A stretch of DNA of 64,000 bases, from positions 5,952,001-6,016,000 of the forward strand of contig OZ244207.1 of the NCBI GenBank assembly GCA_965216875.1, given 5' to 3'. Both the position numbers and the translations under genes were made by a program. The DNA is from Rubripirellula sp. (lineage in GTDB: Bacteria > Planctomycetota > Planctomycetia > Pirellulales > Pirellulaceae). Within the stretch, counting starts at the first letter, position 1. Each line of letters opens with the position of its first letter. Shown here piece by piece: positions 19,934-28,336 of this stretch. The notes under the pieces are model-generated. The model was given only the letters and a program-made list of their open reading frames with translations. It searched no databases and was not told where the DNA came from.

Positions 19934-20108
19934 AGGCCGGAGGCCGACACATTCATGCCGGTGACGTAAGTCACCGGCAAAGACTGCGAAAAAGCGATCA
20001 GCCCGGAGGGCGCCACATTCGAAATGTATCGCCCTCCGGGCTCAATCGATTTTCGCATCCACACCCGGGGTCTTACGACCCCGGCAGATCTTGTTTTGCC
20101 CTCCGGGC
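19934..20108. repeat. large multi-hairpin palindromic element (REP/MITE-like, family D)
   Basis: Central hairpin agcccggagggcg..cgccctccgggct flanked symmetrically by ccggtgacgtaagtcaccgg and ccggggtcttacgaccccgg hairpins, with terminal (g/c)ccggagg(c/g)c arms. Confidence 0.75.
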
Positions 20109-20484
20109 AAGCGGGAGTCAAAGAGGTGAACAAAATTAAGATTTTTGCTCGCTCGCAAAACCCAATAACATTTCCTAGGGGCTCATCAACTAGCCGCATG
20201 AGCGTGCACGCGAGATTTGCACGCTTCTCGCGCTATTCGACCCCGACACTGAACAAAAGAGATTCAAACTGACACGCCCAACTCGACCGAACTTCCTCGT
20301 TGGACTCTGTCCAACCAACTCGCTTCTGGGAATCGAGCGGAGACCATCGAAGGCATCTGACTGTTCCGCGACAAACGTCCGTCAGAGCGGAAGATGTAGA
20401 AAACGAGCCAGGGTAATCAGATGGGGTACGGGACGTTTGGAGCAGCCCAAGCAGAGCACGCGCGCACCGCAGAGAAGAAAAAAG

Positions 20485-20558
20485 TAGGGCTGGCAGGACT
20501 CGAACCCGCGACCTAGGGATTATGAGTCCCCAGCTCTAACCGACTGAGCTACAGCCCC
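20485..20558 (-). tRNA. tRNA with CAT anticodon (probably Ile2/lysidine; elongator Met possible); CCA not encoded
   Basis: GGGGCTG TA GCTC AGTCGGTTA GAGC T GGGGA CTCATAA TCCCT AGGTC GCGGG TTCGAGT CCTGC CAGCCCT A forms a full cloverleaf. It lacks the initiator C1:A72 mismatch, has an A31-U39 pair, and has G27-U43 as in E. coli Ile2. Confidence 0.95.
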
Positions 20559-20570
20559 CTCTTGGTGTTT

Positions 20571-20588
20571 GTTCCTTTATAAAGGAAC
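20571..20588. promoter_or_regulatory. perfect 18-bp palindrome GTTCCTTTATAAAGGAAC in the tRNA/sulfatase divergent region
   Basis: Exact self-complementary sequence containing TATAAA on both strands, 13 nt upstream of the tRNA 5' end. Confidence 0.55.
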
Positions 20589-20648
20589 GCCGCCACTTTT
20601 CCAGGTGGCACCCCTCCACCCACCTTCCCGCATCTTTGACCACCACCA

Positions 20649-22070
20649 ATGCTTCGTTTTTGTCTTCTCGTCGCTTGCCTTGTTTTTGTCTCGCAACCCG
20701 ACGCCCACGCTGCCGATCCCGCTCCAAACGTCGTTTTGATTCTTGCCGATGATCTTGGCTGGGCCGACGTTGGGTACAACAACCCAAAGGTCTACAGCCC
20801 CAATCTGGACAAACTTGCTGGCGAGGGAATCACCTTCTCTCAGCACTACGTCATGCCTCAGTGCACTCCGACACGTGTTGCCTTAATGACCGGCCGCTAC
20901 CCAGGCAGATTCGGTGGCGCCGCACTCCAGGCGAGTAACGACTCTGCCTTTCCAATCGGAACGCCTACCATCGCTTCGATGTTGCAAAAGAGCGGCTACC
21001 GTACGGCGCTCACCGGGAAATGGCATCTCGGATCAAGTGCCGATCATGGTCCCAACCAATTCGGATTCGAAAGCAGCTACGGCTCCCTGGCTGGCGCGGT
21101 CGGGATGTACGACCACCGCTACCGCGTAGGCGAATTTGAGCATACTTGGCACCGTGATCACCGACTGATCGAGGGAGCCGAGAATGGAACACACGCCACC
21201 GATCTGGTCACTTCCGAAGCAATCCGCGTGATTGAAGAGAATGATCCGCGTCCCTTCTTTCTGTACGTCCCCTACCACGCGGTTCACACGCCGCTTGATG
21301 AACGTGGTTCGTTTGCCGATCGTCCGACGCAACTTGATCCTGCTAACCCCAATCGCTGGCTAGACGAAGACCATATTCAATGGTTTAACGATCCGAAGGG
21401 GTTGATACAGAGTGAAAACGACCCAGAAAAGCGACTACTGCTCGCCGCCGTTCATCATCTTGACCACGCGGTTGGAAAGATCGTCGACGCACTCGATCGC
21501 ACTGAGAAACGATCGAACACGTTGATCCTTTTTTCATCTGACAATGGCCCGCAAGTCTCTTGGCCCGGCAACGCTTACCCGGACGACCTCAAACTGACCG
21601 ACTTTAACCAACCGATTCCGATGCGTGGAAAAAAAGTCGACGTGTGGGAAGGAGGGATCCATGTCCCCGGCTTTGTGAACTGGCCAGACAAATTCGCACC
21701 GCGGCGTGAATCGACGCCAATGCACATCGTCGATTGGTACCCAACGCTTTCCGCAATTGCCGGCTCAAAGGAGCTCCCGCCCGAAGTCGACGGTGTCAAC
21801 TTGCAGCCTCTTTGGTTCGGCAAACAACCGGTCAAATCGCGTGACCTTTATTGGACCTGGAACAAACGGACCAATCGCTGGGCGCTGCGGCACAATGATT
21901 GGAAGGTTGTCAAATATGGTCGCGGCGCACCCCAGTCGCCATCGGAATGGCAACTATTCCATCTCGTTGATGATCCGACGGAATCTCGAGATTTGGCTGC
22001 CAACCACCCCGACCGCGTACGAGAGCTTCACGAGCGATTTCTCGCCCATCGCGCCCTTGATTCGAAATAG
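20649..22070 (+). CDS. formylglycine-dependent (S1) sulfatase, arylsulfatase B-like, secreted
   Basis: Signal peptide; PNVVLILADDLGW, CTPTRVALMTGRY (CxPxR), GKWHLG, SDNG, KK..WEGGI.VP and QLFHL..DPTE motifs. Confidence 0.93.
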   Translation: MLRFCLLVACLVFVSQPDAHAADPAPNVVLILADDLGWADVGYNNPKVYSPNLDKLAGEGITFSQHYVMPQCTPTRVALMTGRYPGRFGGAALQASNDSAFPIGTPTIASMLQKSGYRTALTGKWHLGSSADHGPNQFGFESSYGSLAGAVGMYDHRYRVGEFEHTWHRDHRLIEGAENGTHATDLVTSEAIRVIEENDPRPFFLYVPYHAVHTPLDERGSFADRPTQLDPANPNRWLDEDHIQWFNDPKGLIQSENDPEKRLLLAAVHHLDHAVGKIVDALDRTEKRSNTLILFSSDNGPQVSWPGNAYPDDLKLTDFNQPIPMRGKKVDVWEGGIHVPGFVNWPDKFAPRRESTPMHIVDWYPTLSAIAGSKELPPEVDGVNLQPLWFGKQPVKSRDLYWTWNKRTNRWALRHNDWKVVKYGRGAPQSPSEWQLFHLVDDPTESRDLAANHPDRVRELHERFLAHRALDSK

Positions 22071-22256
22071 GCGGACAGACGCTCCAGCAGTGTGAAACGC
22101 CGCCATCGATGATGGAACCGCCATGCTTGGCGTGCTAAGATTGTCGTTCTCGTCTGCCCTCCCCTGCACTTCGGCTTTGGCGTCCCTTTTCTCTCGACGC
22201 CGCTGGTTGCGTCACGGCAACCACGTCCAGCCACCTCCTCAATCACCCCGCCTGTT

Positions 22257-24626
22257 ATGCCCCACTATCGTCTGATCGTCCGTCTCTTTGCGCTCGTGTG
22301 CATCCTATCCGGCGTGACATCTCGGGCACACGCCCGGGTGTTCGAGATAACTCCGTTGGGACCGATGACGATTCAACAGGCCGCCGACGCAGCGCGCGCG
22401 GGCGACACGATTCGACTTTCGCCAGGCGTTTATCACCAGCGGGTCGTGTTCAACAAAGCCAGTGGAACGCACGGAAAACCGATCACCCTTGAAGGGCCCA
22501 CCGACGCCATCATCGATGGCGCAGTCGAGCAAGCGTTCGATTGGGAAGATGCCTCGTTCATTACGAAAGGGCTCTACCGTGCACCGATCGCCAAGCGTGC
22601 CTGGCACATTAGCGCCGATGGTCGATCAGTCACTCAGCTCTACTACAAACGCGTTCAACTCAGTTCATCCCATCCCAAAGATCAATGGCCAGCCCTTTTT
22701 CACAAAGCCCCCGAACGACGTGACTACTACGGGCTCAAAGGTCTCGCGATGGTGCACGATGACGAACAGATGCTTTACGTTCGTTTCGAAGACTACAGCC
22801 ACCCCAAAGACAAAGAGATTACGGTCGCACCCAAACAACCGATTGTTTTGATCGACGGCGTGCATCGTATCGTTGTGCGCGGCATCACGATTCGAAACGG
22901 CTGGGTCGCAACCATGGTCCGAGCCAGTATGGGGAGTGTTGTCGAACACTGCACGATCACACAAACTCGGCATGGTGTTTGGCTCGGTGCCAACTCGGAC
23001 CGCTGCACCGTGCGGCTGAACGAGATCACCAACGCACCGCTGGCAACCATCGACCCGCGTGGACAGGGTGGACGCAGTTGGACCAATTGGCTGGCCAACA
23101 AGAACTACGGGTATTGGGATCATTTCGGGATTCGCTTTGTCGACACCTCCGGCGGCAACCAGATCCACGACAATCACATTTATTCCCATTGGGGCGGGGT
23201 CGAAGAAGCGAGCGCCAATGCGAACACCAACACTGGCAATAACATCCACCACAACTTGATCGACTCGATCGCCGACGATGGACTCGAACCCGAAGGCACA
23301 GGTCCTGAGGTCCAGTGGCATCACAATCACGTCCGCAATTGCATCGTTGGATTTCGAATCAAGCCACTGATGGCCGGCCCTACTTACATCTATCGCAACC
23401 TGATCGTCAACTGCGGCGAAGGCTTTCGAAACTTCCAGTCCTCTGCAACCAAACCCTACGTCTACGTTTATCACAACACGACCGACGCACGGGGCGCCTA
23501 TTCGAGTAACGGTGTCGAAGACGATCGCCTAGAAAACTACCATTACTTCAACAATCTGATGGTCGGCGATCTTGTATGGCGTGACTCAAAGAAGAGTCAC
23601 CTCCCGAATTGGCAAGCAGACCACAACGTCTTCGTTTCGCGCGGACGCAATGCGGACGACTGGAGAAAAACGCGAAAGATCGTTCTCGACCAAGGCCTCG
23701 ACCAGAACAGTCGATTCCTTGACTCGCCCAAAGGTGTTTTCGCCAACCTGGACCAAGGCGATTTTTCACTTGCCACAAACAGCCCCGCCGCGGGTGTCGC
23801 GGGCGACTTAACAGACCTCGTCAAGCGAGATCTTCCAGGCATTGGGCCAACAGCATCAAGCAGCGACGCTGGGGCGCTGCCGCTTGGACAATCGATGCCG
23901 ACGGTTCCGCGAGATCCCCGCGCGATCGACGATCTTCCCATCGCTGGAACCTATCCGGGCCCCAACGCAACCTTTCGCCGAGTCGTCGAAGAAGACCAAA
24001 TCCGAAGGTACACCGGATACCCGCTCGAAGACCTACAAAGCGAAACCTTTTGGGGGCGACGCGCCAACGCATTGCCGATGTCCCCCGAGGGATGGCGGCA
24101 AAAGCAGGCCGAACAGCAACGCATTGCCGATGACGCGGTGCTCGGTCCCAATCTGCTCAAAGACGGAGGCTTCGAAGATCATCGCCAAGGTGCGATCAGC
24201 GAATGGAAGCTTCATCAATCAAAGCAAACAAACCACCAGCTAACGATCTCGCCTGAATCGATTCCTCAACTCGGCGAACGCAGCGTAGCGAAGATAAGGA
24301 TTGACGGCGCGGCTGATGGCCTCGGCCAAATGTTTCAACGTGTCTATTTCAAACCTGGACAACGCTACCGCTTCTCTGGATACATCAAAGATGACGGTGG
24401 GCAAGTCGGAATGGTTCAGATCAAGACATTCAAAGGAAGCAAAGAGACGGCGCGTTTGACCAGCCCACGCAGCAAAACGGAATGGCGCAAAGTCACCATC
24501 GACATCACCGATCGAAAAGTCGACAAGCTCGAGATCATCGTTCGCTTTAACCAAACGCCTTCCGCACAAGGCAAGACGCTTTCGATTGCCAACTTCTACT
24601 TGGGTGCAGAACAATCTGCCCGCTAA
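22257..24626 (+). CDS. secreted right-handed parallel beta-helix protein (pectin-lyase-like) with C-terminal CBM4/9-like domain
   Basis: TIQQAAD.A.AGDTI.L.PG.Y start, Asn-ladder repeats (IHDNHI, IHHNLI, IYRNLI, VYHNT), and a C-terminal module beginning NLLKDGGFE. Confidence 0.8.
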   Translation: MPHYRLIVRLFALVCILSGVTSRAHARVFEITPLGPMTIQQAADAARAGDTIRLSPGVYHQRVVFNKASGTHGKPITLEGPTDAIIDGAVEQAFDWEDASFITKGLYRAPIAKRAWHISADGRSVTQLYYKRVQLSSSHPKDQWPALFHKAPERRDYYGLKGLAMVHDDEQMLYVRFEDYSHPKDKEITVAPKQPIVLIDGVHRIVVRGITIRNGWVATMVRASMGSVVEHCTITQTRHGVWLGANSDRCTVRLNEITNAPLATIDPRGQGGRSWTNWLANKNYGYWDHFGIRFVDTSGGNQIHDNHIYSHWGGVEEASANANTNTGNNIHHNLIDSIADDGLEPEGTGPEVQWHHNHVRNCIVGFRIKPLMAGPTYIYRNLIVNCGEGFRNFQSSATKPYVYVYHNTTDARGAYSSNGVEDDRLENYHYFNNLMVGDLVWRDSKKSHLPNWQADHNVFVSRGRNADDWRKTRKIVLDQGLDQNSRFLDSPKGVFANLDQGDFSLATNSPAAGVAGDLTDLVKRDLPGIGPTASSSDAGALPLGQSMPTVPRDPRAIDDLPIAGTYPGPNATFRRVVEEDQIRRYTGYPLEDLQSETFWGRRANALPMSPEGWRQKQAEQQRIADDAVLGPNLLKDGGFEDHRQGAISEWKLHQSKQTNHQLTISPESIPQLGERSVAKIRIDGAADGLGQMFQRVYFKPGQRYRFSGYIKDDGGQVGMVQIKTFKGSKETARLTSPRSKTEWRKVTIDITDRKVDKLEIIVRFNQTPSAQGKTLSIANFYLGAEQSAR

Positions 24627-24641
24627 CTGCCTGAGCGACCA

Positions 24642-26056
24642 TTGCTCAACAGGCGTCAACATCCGCCCGACTAGCCAGATACACTTGCTTGATGCTGGCC
24701 TGTTTCGGCAAACGTGTAAGCCTCATGAAATCGGGCTGCGACTTGGTCACCCAAAATATCGGCAAATTCCTTCGCACTTCGATCATATTCCAAGTTCTGC
24801 TTCGTATTCACCGAAGGGTCCGCATTTCCACGTACGATCCGACTCGATACGTCTCGCGCGCTTGGATTGGTAACCATCCACCTTCGCATATCAGGGGGCG
24901 GACAACTGACAAGTGAAACCTTCCCTCGATTGTCCGAGATGAATTTCTCCCACCCGGCAGAATCTATTTCAATTCCCGCGCCCTGACGATGCTTTGTGTG
25001 GTCGGCAATCAACACGACCTCGCGCACGCCAGAACTTACGGCATCGCGTATGAGTGAGAGCTTCGTCGTCGCGGAATTGGAATCGTGCGAAGTCGGTCCT
25101 TCCGAAGGACATATCGATGTGCACGGAACAACAAGGATGGTCGCACCAGGATTCTCGTAGATGCAACGGTGGTAAATGTCGTGGCACGCTTCACCATAGA
25201 ACCCGCCGTACTCAGACCTCTGCAGAGAATCATCGTACTCGGCAACGCCCCCAACCATGATCAGCCTTCTCAGACCGCGAGCAACCAGCGGATTGTCGCG
25301 AAACTCCCTTAGCAAAACGTCGTTTGACGTCACGACAGTGACATTTCGCAAATGCTCGCTGATCGCAAGTCCACAATAGAATGCGCTAGAACCTTCTGGC
25401 AAGACGACGCTGTCGCCGTCTTTGATGATCGACCGCCCATTGCGCACTTTGGCTGACACTAGGAAATTGGCAACGAGCTTCTTCTCTTCCTGGTTCTCGT
25501 AGAGCGATCGTCCAAAGTGACTCGCGATCGAATACCGTGCCAATGGCTCCATTCGACGGCGCCCCCACAACCAATAACCTTCGACAATTTCATCGAACGA
25601 CGCCTCTGCGCGTCGACATACCAAATCGTGCAGCTGAGGATCCGATTTCAGAAGCTCGCCGATTGGCAACGTCCTAATGCGCTCAAGGTCATCAATTTCA
25701 TCCAGGTGAGCGCTCGCAAACTCTCCACTTTCCCAATTGCTCCCCGGTGGAGAAACATTGCCAAATGCGATTCTTAATTGACGATTGAGTAGCTCGTAGA
25801 ATTCCTTTTTTGAAATCAGCTTTGTGCAAAAAAGGAAAAACAGAAAGTCCATCTCGAAGTCTCCTTGTGCAGTTGGAACCGACACAAGAATTCTACACGT
25901 GCAAGAATGGATTCAATACTTTTTCTTAATCTTGCAATTTAATAGTTTCTGCATTTGCTAGCAATTCACTGCACCGAATAGCGCTCGCTATGATACGGAC
26001 GGTACGTGCGCGCGACTTCAAAAAGCTCGCCACACGTTACTCAACAGGCGTCAACA
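24642..26056. mobile_element. putative integrated islet bounded by a 20-bp direct repeat (19/20; 17-bp exact core)
   Basis: tt(g/a)ctcaacaggcgtcaaca at 24642-24661 and 26037-26056, a 1395-bp period. The right copy is the last codons and stop of gene 26037..26783. The interior has a visibly AT-richer right end. No integrase inside. Confidence 0.65.
24671..25852 (-). CDS. divergent DeoR/GlpR C-terminal sensor-like protein with atypical N-terminus
   Basis: R...NQEEKK.VA, I.DGDSV.L.EGSS, NVTVVTSN, LIMVGG, F.GE and VVLIADHTK match the DeoR sensor-domain pattern. Start set at ATG 25852 (AAGGAG RBS). Confidence 0.6.
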   Translation of the reverse strand: MDFLFFLFCTKLISKKEFYELLNRQLRIAFGNVSPPGSNWESGEFASAHLDEIDDLERIRTLPIGELLKSDPQLHDLVCRRAEASFDEIVEGYWLWGRRRMEPLARYSIASHFGRSLYENQEEKKLVANFLVSAKVRNGRSIIKDGDSVVLPEGSSAFYCGLAISEHLRNVTVVTSNDVLLREFRDNPLVARGLRRLIMVGGVAEYDDSLQRSEYGGFYGEACHDIYHRCIYENPGATILVVPCTSICPSEGPTSHDSNSATTKLSLIRDAVSSGVREVVLIADHTKHRQGAGIEIDSAGWEKFISDNRGKVSLVSCPPPDMRRWMVTNPSARDVSSRIVRGNADPSVNTKQNLEYDRSAKEFADILGDQVAARFHEAYTFAETGQHQASVSG

Positions 26057-26783
26057 CGATCGCTTTCAGGTTGATGACGCCCTGAGTCATCTTGCTGACC
26101 TTCGCGGCAATCTCTTGCTTGCCTGTCGCCGCGACGTCGAGTTGACCGATCGAATCGACTCGGTAGCGGTACCAGGTTCCCGTTTGCTTTGGAGTGAATA
26201 CGAGTGATTGATCGCCAAACTGGAATGTCATCTCCGTTCCCTTCTTGGGGGCACGCGAATAGACAAGTTCGACGTCGTACTTTCCAGCTTTGATCTCGTG
26301 TTCCCAACGAACGTAGTCTTCGGCTTTGGACCAATAGCCGATGCGATAGGTGCCTGGGTGGGACTCAAGTTTCGCAACCTTGCCCACCACTTCGCCATCG
26401 AGCGCACTGATCACAATCGAACCATCCGCAAAGGTGGCGGTCGGCTCGCTTATCAGGCAGTGAAAGGCTGCAGGGCGCGAGCCATCAGCGGCGTAGACCT
26501 GGACTTCGGTTGCGTCCGCGTTGAAACCGAACTCCACAGGAGTCTTGTCGGGGTCTCCCTCGGACCAGATCTTGATGATGCTTGGCAGTGGTCCCTTTAG
26601 ACGAAGCACGCCATCGGAGGGCCAACTTTCAACAGGCAACCGTTGGATTTGCGGTTGATTCGATTCGGTCGCGGAGAGTGTGACCGCAACCGGTTCGCTG
26701 TTGCGTTCCTCGGCCGACGCCAAAGTCGTCATGCAACAAAACAGAACTGCGCTGAAAAACAGAAAGATCGATCGAAGAGGCAT
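26037..26783 (-). CDS. secreted protein with C-terminal galactose-binding-like/CBM (DUF5077-like) domain
   Basis: Signal peptide; IGYW...EDYVRW....AGKYDVEL.YS...TG.W..Y....G jelly-roll pattern; last gene of the DUF1553-DUF1501 operon. Confidence 0.6.
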   Translation of the reverse strand: MPLRSIFLFFSAVLFCCMTTLASAEERNSEPVAVTLSATESNQPQIQRLPVESWPSDGVLRLKGPLPSIIKIWSEGDPDKTPVEFGFNADATEVQVYAADGSRPAAFHCLISEPTATFADGSIVISALDGEVVGKVAKLESHPGTYRIGYWSKAEDYVRWEHEIKAGKYDVELVYSRAPKKGTEMTFQFGDQSLVFTPKQTGTWYRYRVDSIGQLDVAATGKQEIAAKVSKMTQGVINLKAIVLTPVE

Positions 26784-26812
26784 GGTGTTTCACTGGGTGA
26801 ACTTGAGGTCGG

Positions 26813-28294
26813 TTACGCAAGAATGTCTTTCACGACATGGCCATGAACGTCCGTCAAACGGTAATAGCGTCCTTGGAATCGATAGGTAAGGCGTTCATGA
26901 TCGATCCCAAGTAGATGCATGATGGTTGCTTGCAGATCGTGGACATGGACCGGGTTTTCGGTGATTTCGTAACAGAGATCATCGGTTGCACCATAGGTTA
27001 AACCCTTTTTGACGCCAGCGCCTGCAAGCCACAGCGAAAAACAACCGGGATGGTGATCGCGGCCATAGGTTTCGGCGTTCAGTGCGCCTTGGCAATACGA
27101 CGTCCGCCCAAACTCGCCGCCCCAGACGATCAAAGTGTCATCAAGCATGCCACGTTGCTGAAGGTCATTCATCAAGGCGCGCGTTGGTTGGTCGACATCC
27201 TTGCATTGCCCGGGCAATTGCTTGGGCAGCGTGAAGTGTTGGTCCCACCCCATGTGGTAGAGCTGAATGAACCGCACATCGCGTTCGGCCAATCTTCTGG
27301 CTAACAAACAGTGATAGGCGTAGGAACCGCGTCTGTTGACGTCGGGCCCGTAGGCATCAAGCACATGCTGAGGCTCGTCCGAAAAATCGGTCAACTCGGG
27401 AACCGAGGTTTGCATTCGATAGGCCAATTCGTACGCCTCGATGCGTGTGTTGATTTCGGGATCACCAAAGTCGGCGAGCTTTTGTTGATTTAATTCAGCA
27501 AGGTCGTCGAGCATGCGACGGCGAGCCTTTGCATTGAGCCCCTTTGGGTTACGCAAGTAAAGCACAGGGTCGCCGACGCTCATCAGCTTGACGCCGGCGT
27601 GAGTCGAAGGCATGAATCCGCTGCCCCACAGTCGGTCGTAAAGCGGTTGGCAGTTCGGGCGCCCCGAACCACGCGACACCATCGTGATGAAGGACGGCAA
27701 ATCATCGTTGAGTGACCCCAAGCCGTAGTTCAACCAGGCTCCCATGCTTGGTCGACCAGCCAGTTGATGTCCGGTTTGAAAAAAGGTCACCGCGGGATCG
27801 TGGTTGATCGCCTCGGTCTTCATCGAGCGAATCAAGCAAATGTCATCAGCGAGCGTTGAAATCTCGGGAAGCAACTCGTCGCACAGTTCCATCCCCGACT
27901 TGCCATGACGATTGAATTTGTAGCGAGTTCCGGCGAGCGGAAACGACTTTTGGTTCGCCGTCATGCCCGTCTTCCGAAACGAAACGTCGACGAAATCGGC
28001 GAGCTCTTTTTTCTCGTGTTGTTGCAGCAGCGGTTTGTAGTCAAACAATTCCTGCTGCGAGGGTGCGCCACTTTGAAACAGATAGATCACCCGCTTGGCT
28101 TTTGGCGGCGTATGGTACTTGTCCATCACGCCGTTGGGCGCGGCGAACGCGGTATCGGCTTTTTCATCAGCTGAAACGTCCCGTTGCATCAGCGATGCGA
28201 GTGCAGCGACACCGATGCCAGTGGCCGTACGACCAAAGAAATGCCGGCGCGTTTCGAGCATTCGAGCGGTGTTGGTGAGTTGAGATTCGTTCAT
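26813..28294 (-). CDS. DUF1501 family protein, Tat-exported
   Basis: TRRHFF twin-arginine signal; [46 protein letters not shown] and HVHDLQATI motifs. Confidence 0.92.
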   Translation of the reverse strand: MNESQLTNTARMLETRRHFFGRTATGIGVAALASLMQRDVSADEKADTAFAAPNGVMDKYHTPPKAKRVIYLFQSGAPSQQELFDYKPLLQQHEKKELADFVDVSFRKTGMTANQKSFPLAGTRYKFNRHGKSGMELCDELLPEISTLADDICLIRSMKTEAINHDPAVTFFQTGHQLAGRPSMGAWLNYGLGSLNDDLPSFITMVSRGSGRPNCQPLYDRLWGSGFMPSTHAGVKLMSVGDPVLYLRNPKGLNAKARRRMLDDLAELNQQKLADFGDPEINTRIEAYELAYRMQTSVPELTDFSDEPQHVLDAYGPDVNRRGSYAYHCLLARRLAERDVRFIQLYHMGWDQHFTLPKQLPGQCKDVDQPTRALMNDLQQRGMLDDTLIVWGGEFGRTSYCQGALNAETYGRDHHPGCFSLWLAGAGVKKGLTYGATDDLCYEITENPVHVHDLQATIMHLLGIDHERLTYRFQGRYYRLTDVHGHVVKDILA

Positions 28295-28336
28295 CGGTCT
28301 ATTGGATTGCTTGGAGTTTCGGTTCGTTTTTTCGTC

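Noticed and set aside
19900..20272. Small ORFs over the palindromic element
   Set aside because: Translations of repeat DNA without coding features.
14500..20485. tRNA-anchored genomic island
   Set aside because: No integrase and no duplicated tRNA 3' end detected in the window.
24240..24662. 140-aa ORF beginning MLTPVE
   Set aside because: It starts in the displaced direct-repeat copy and runs antisense through the beta-helix gene; a by-product of the duplication.
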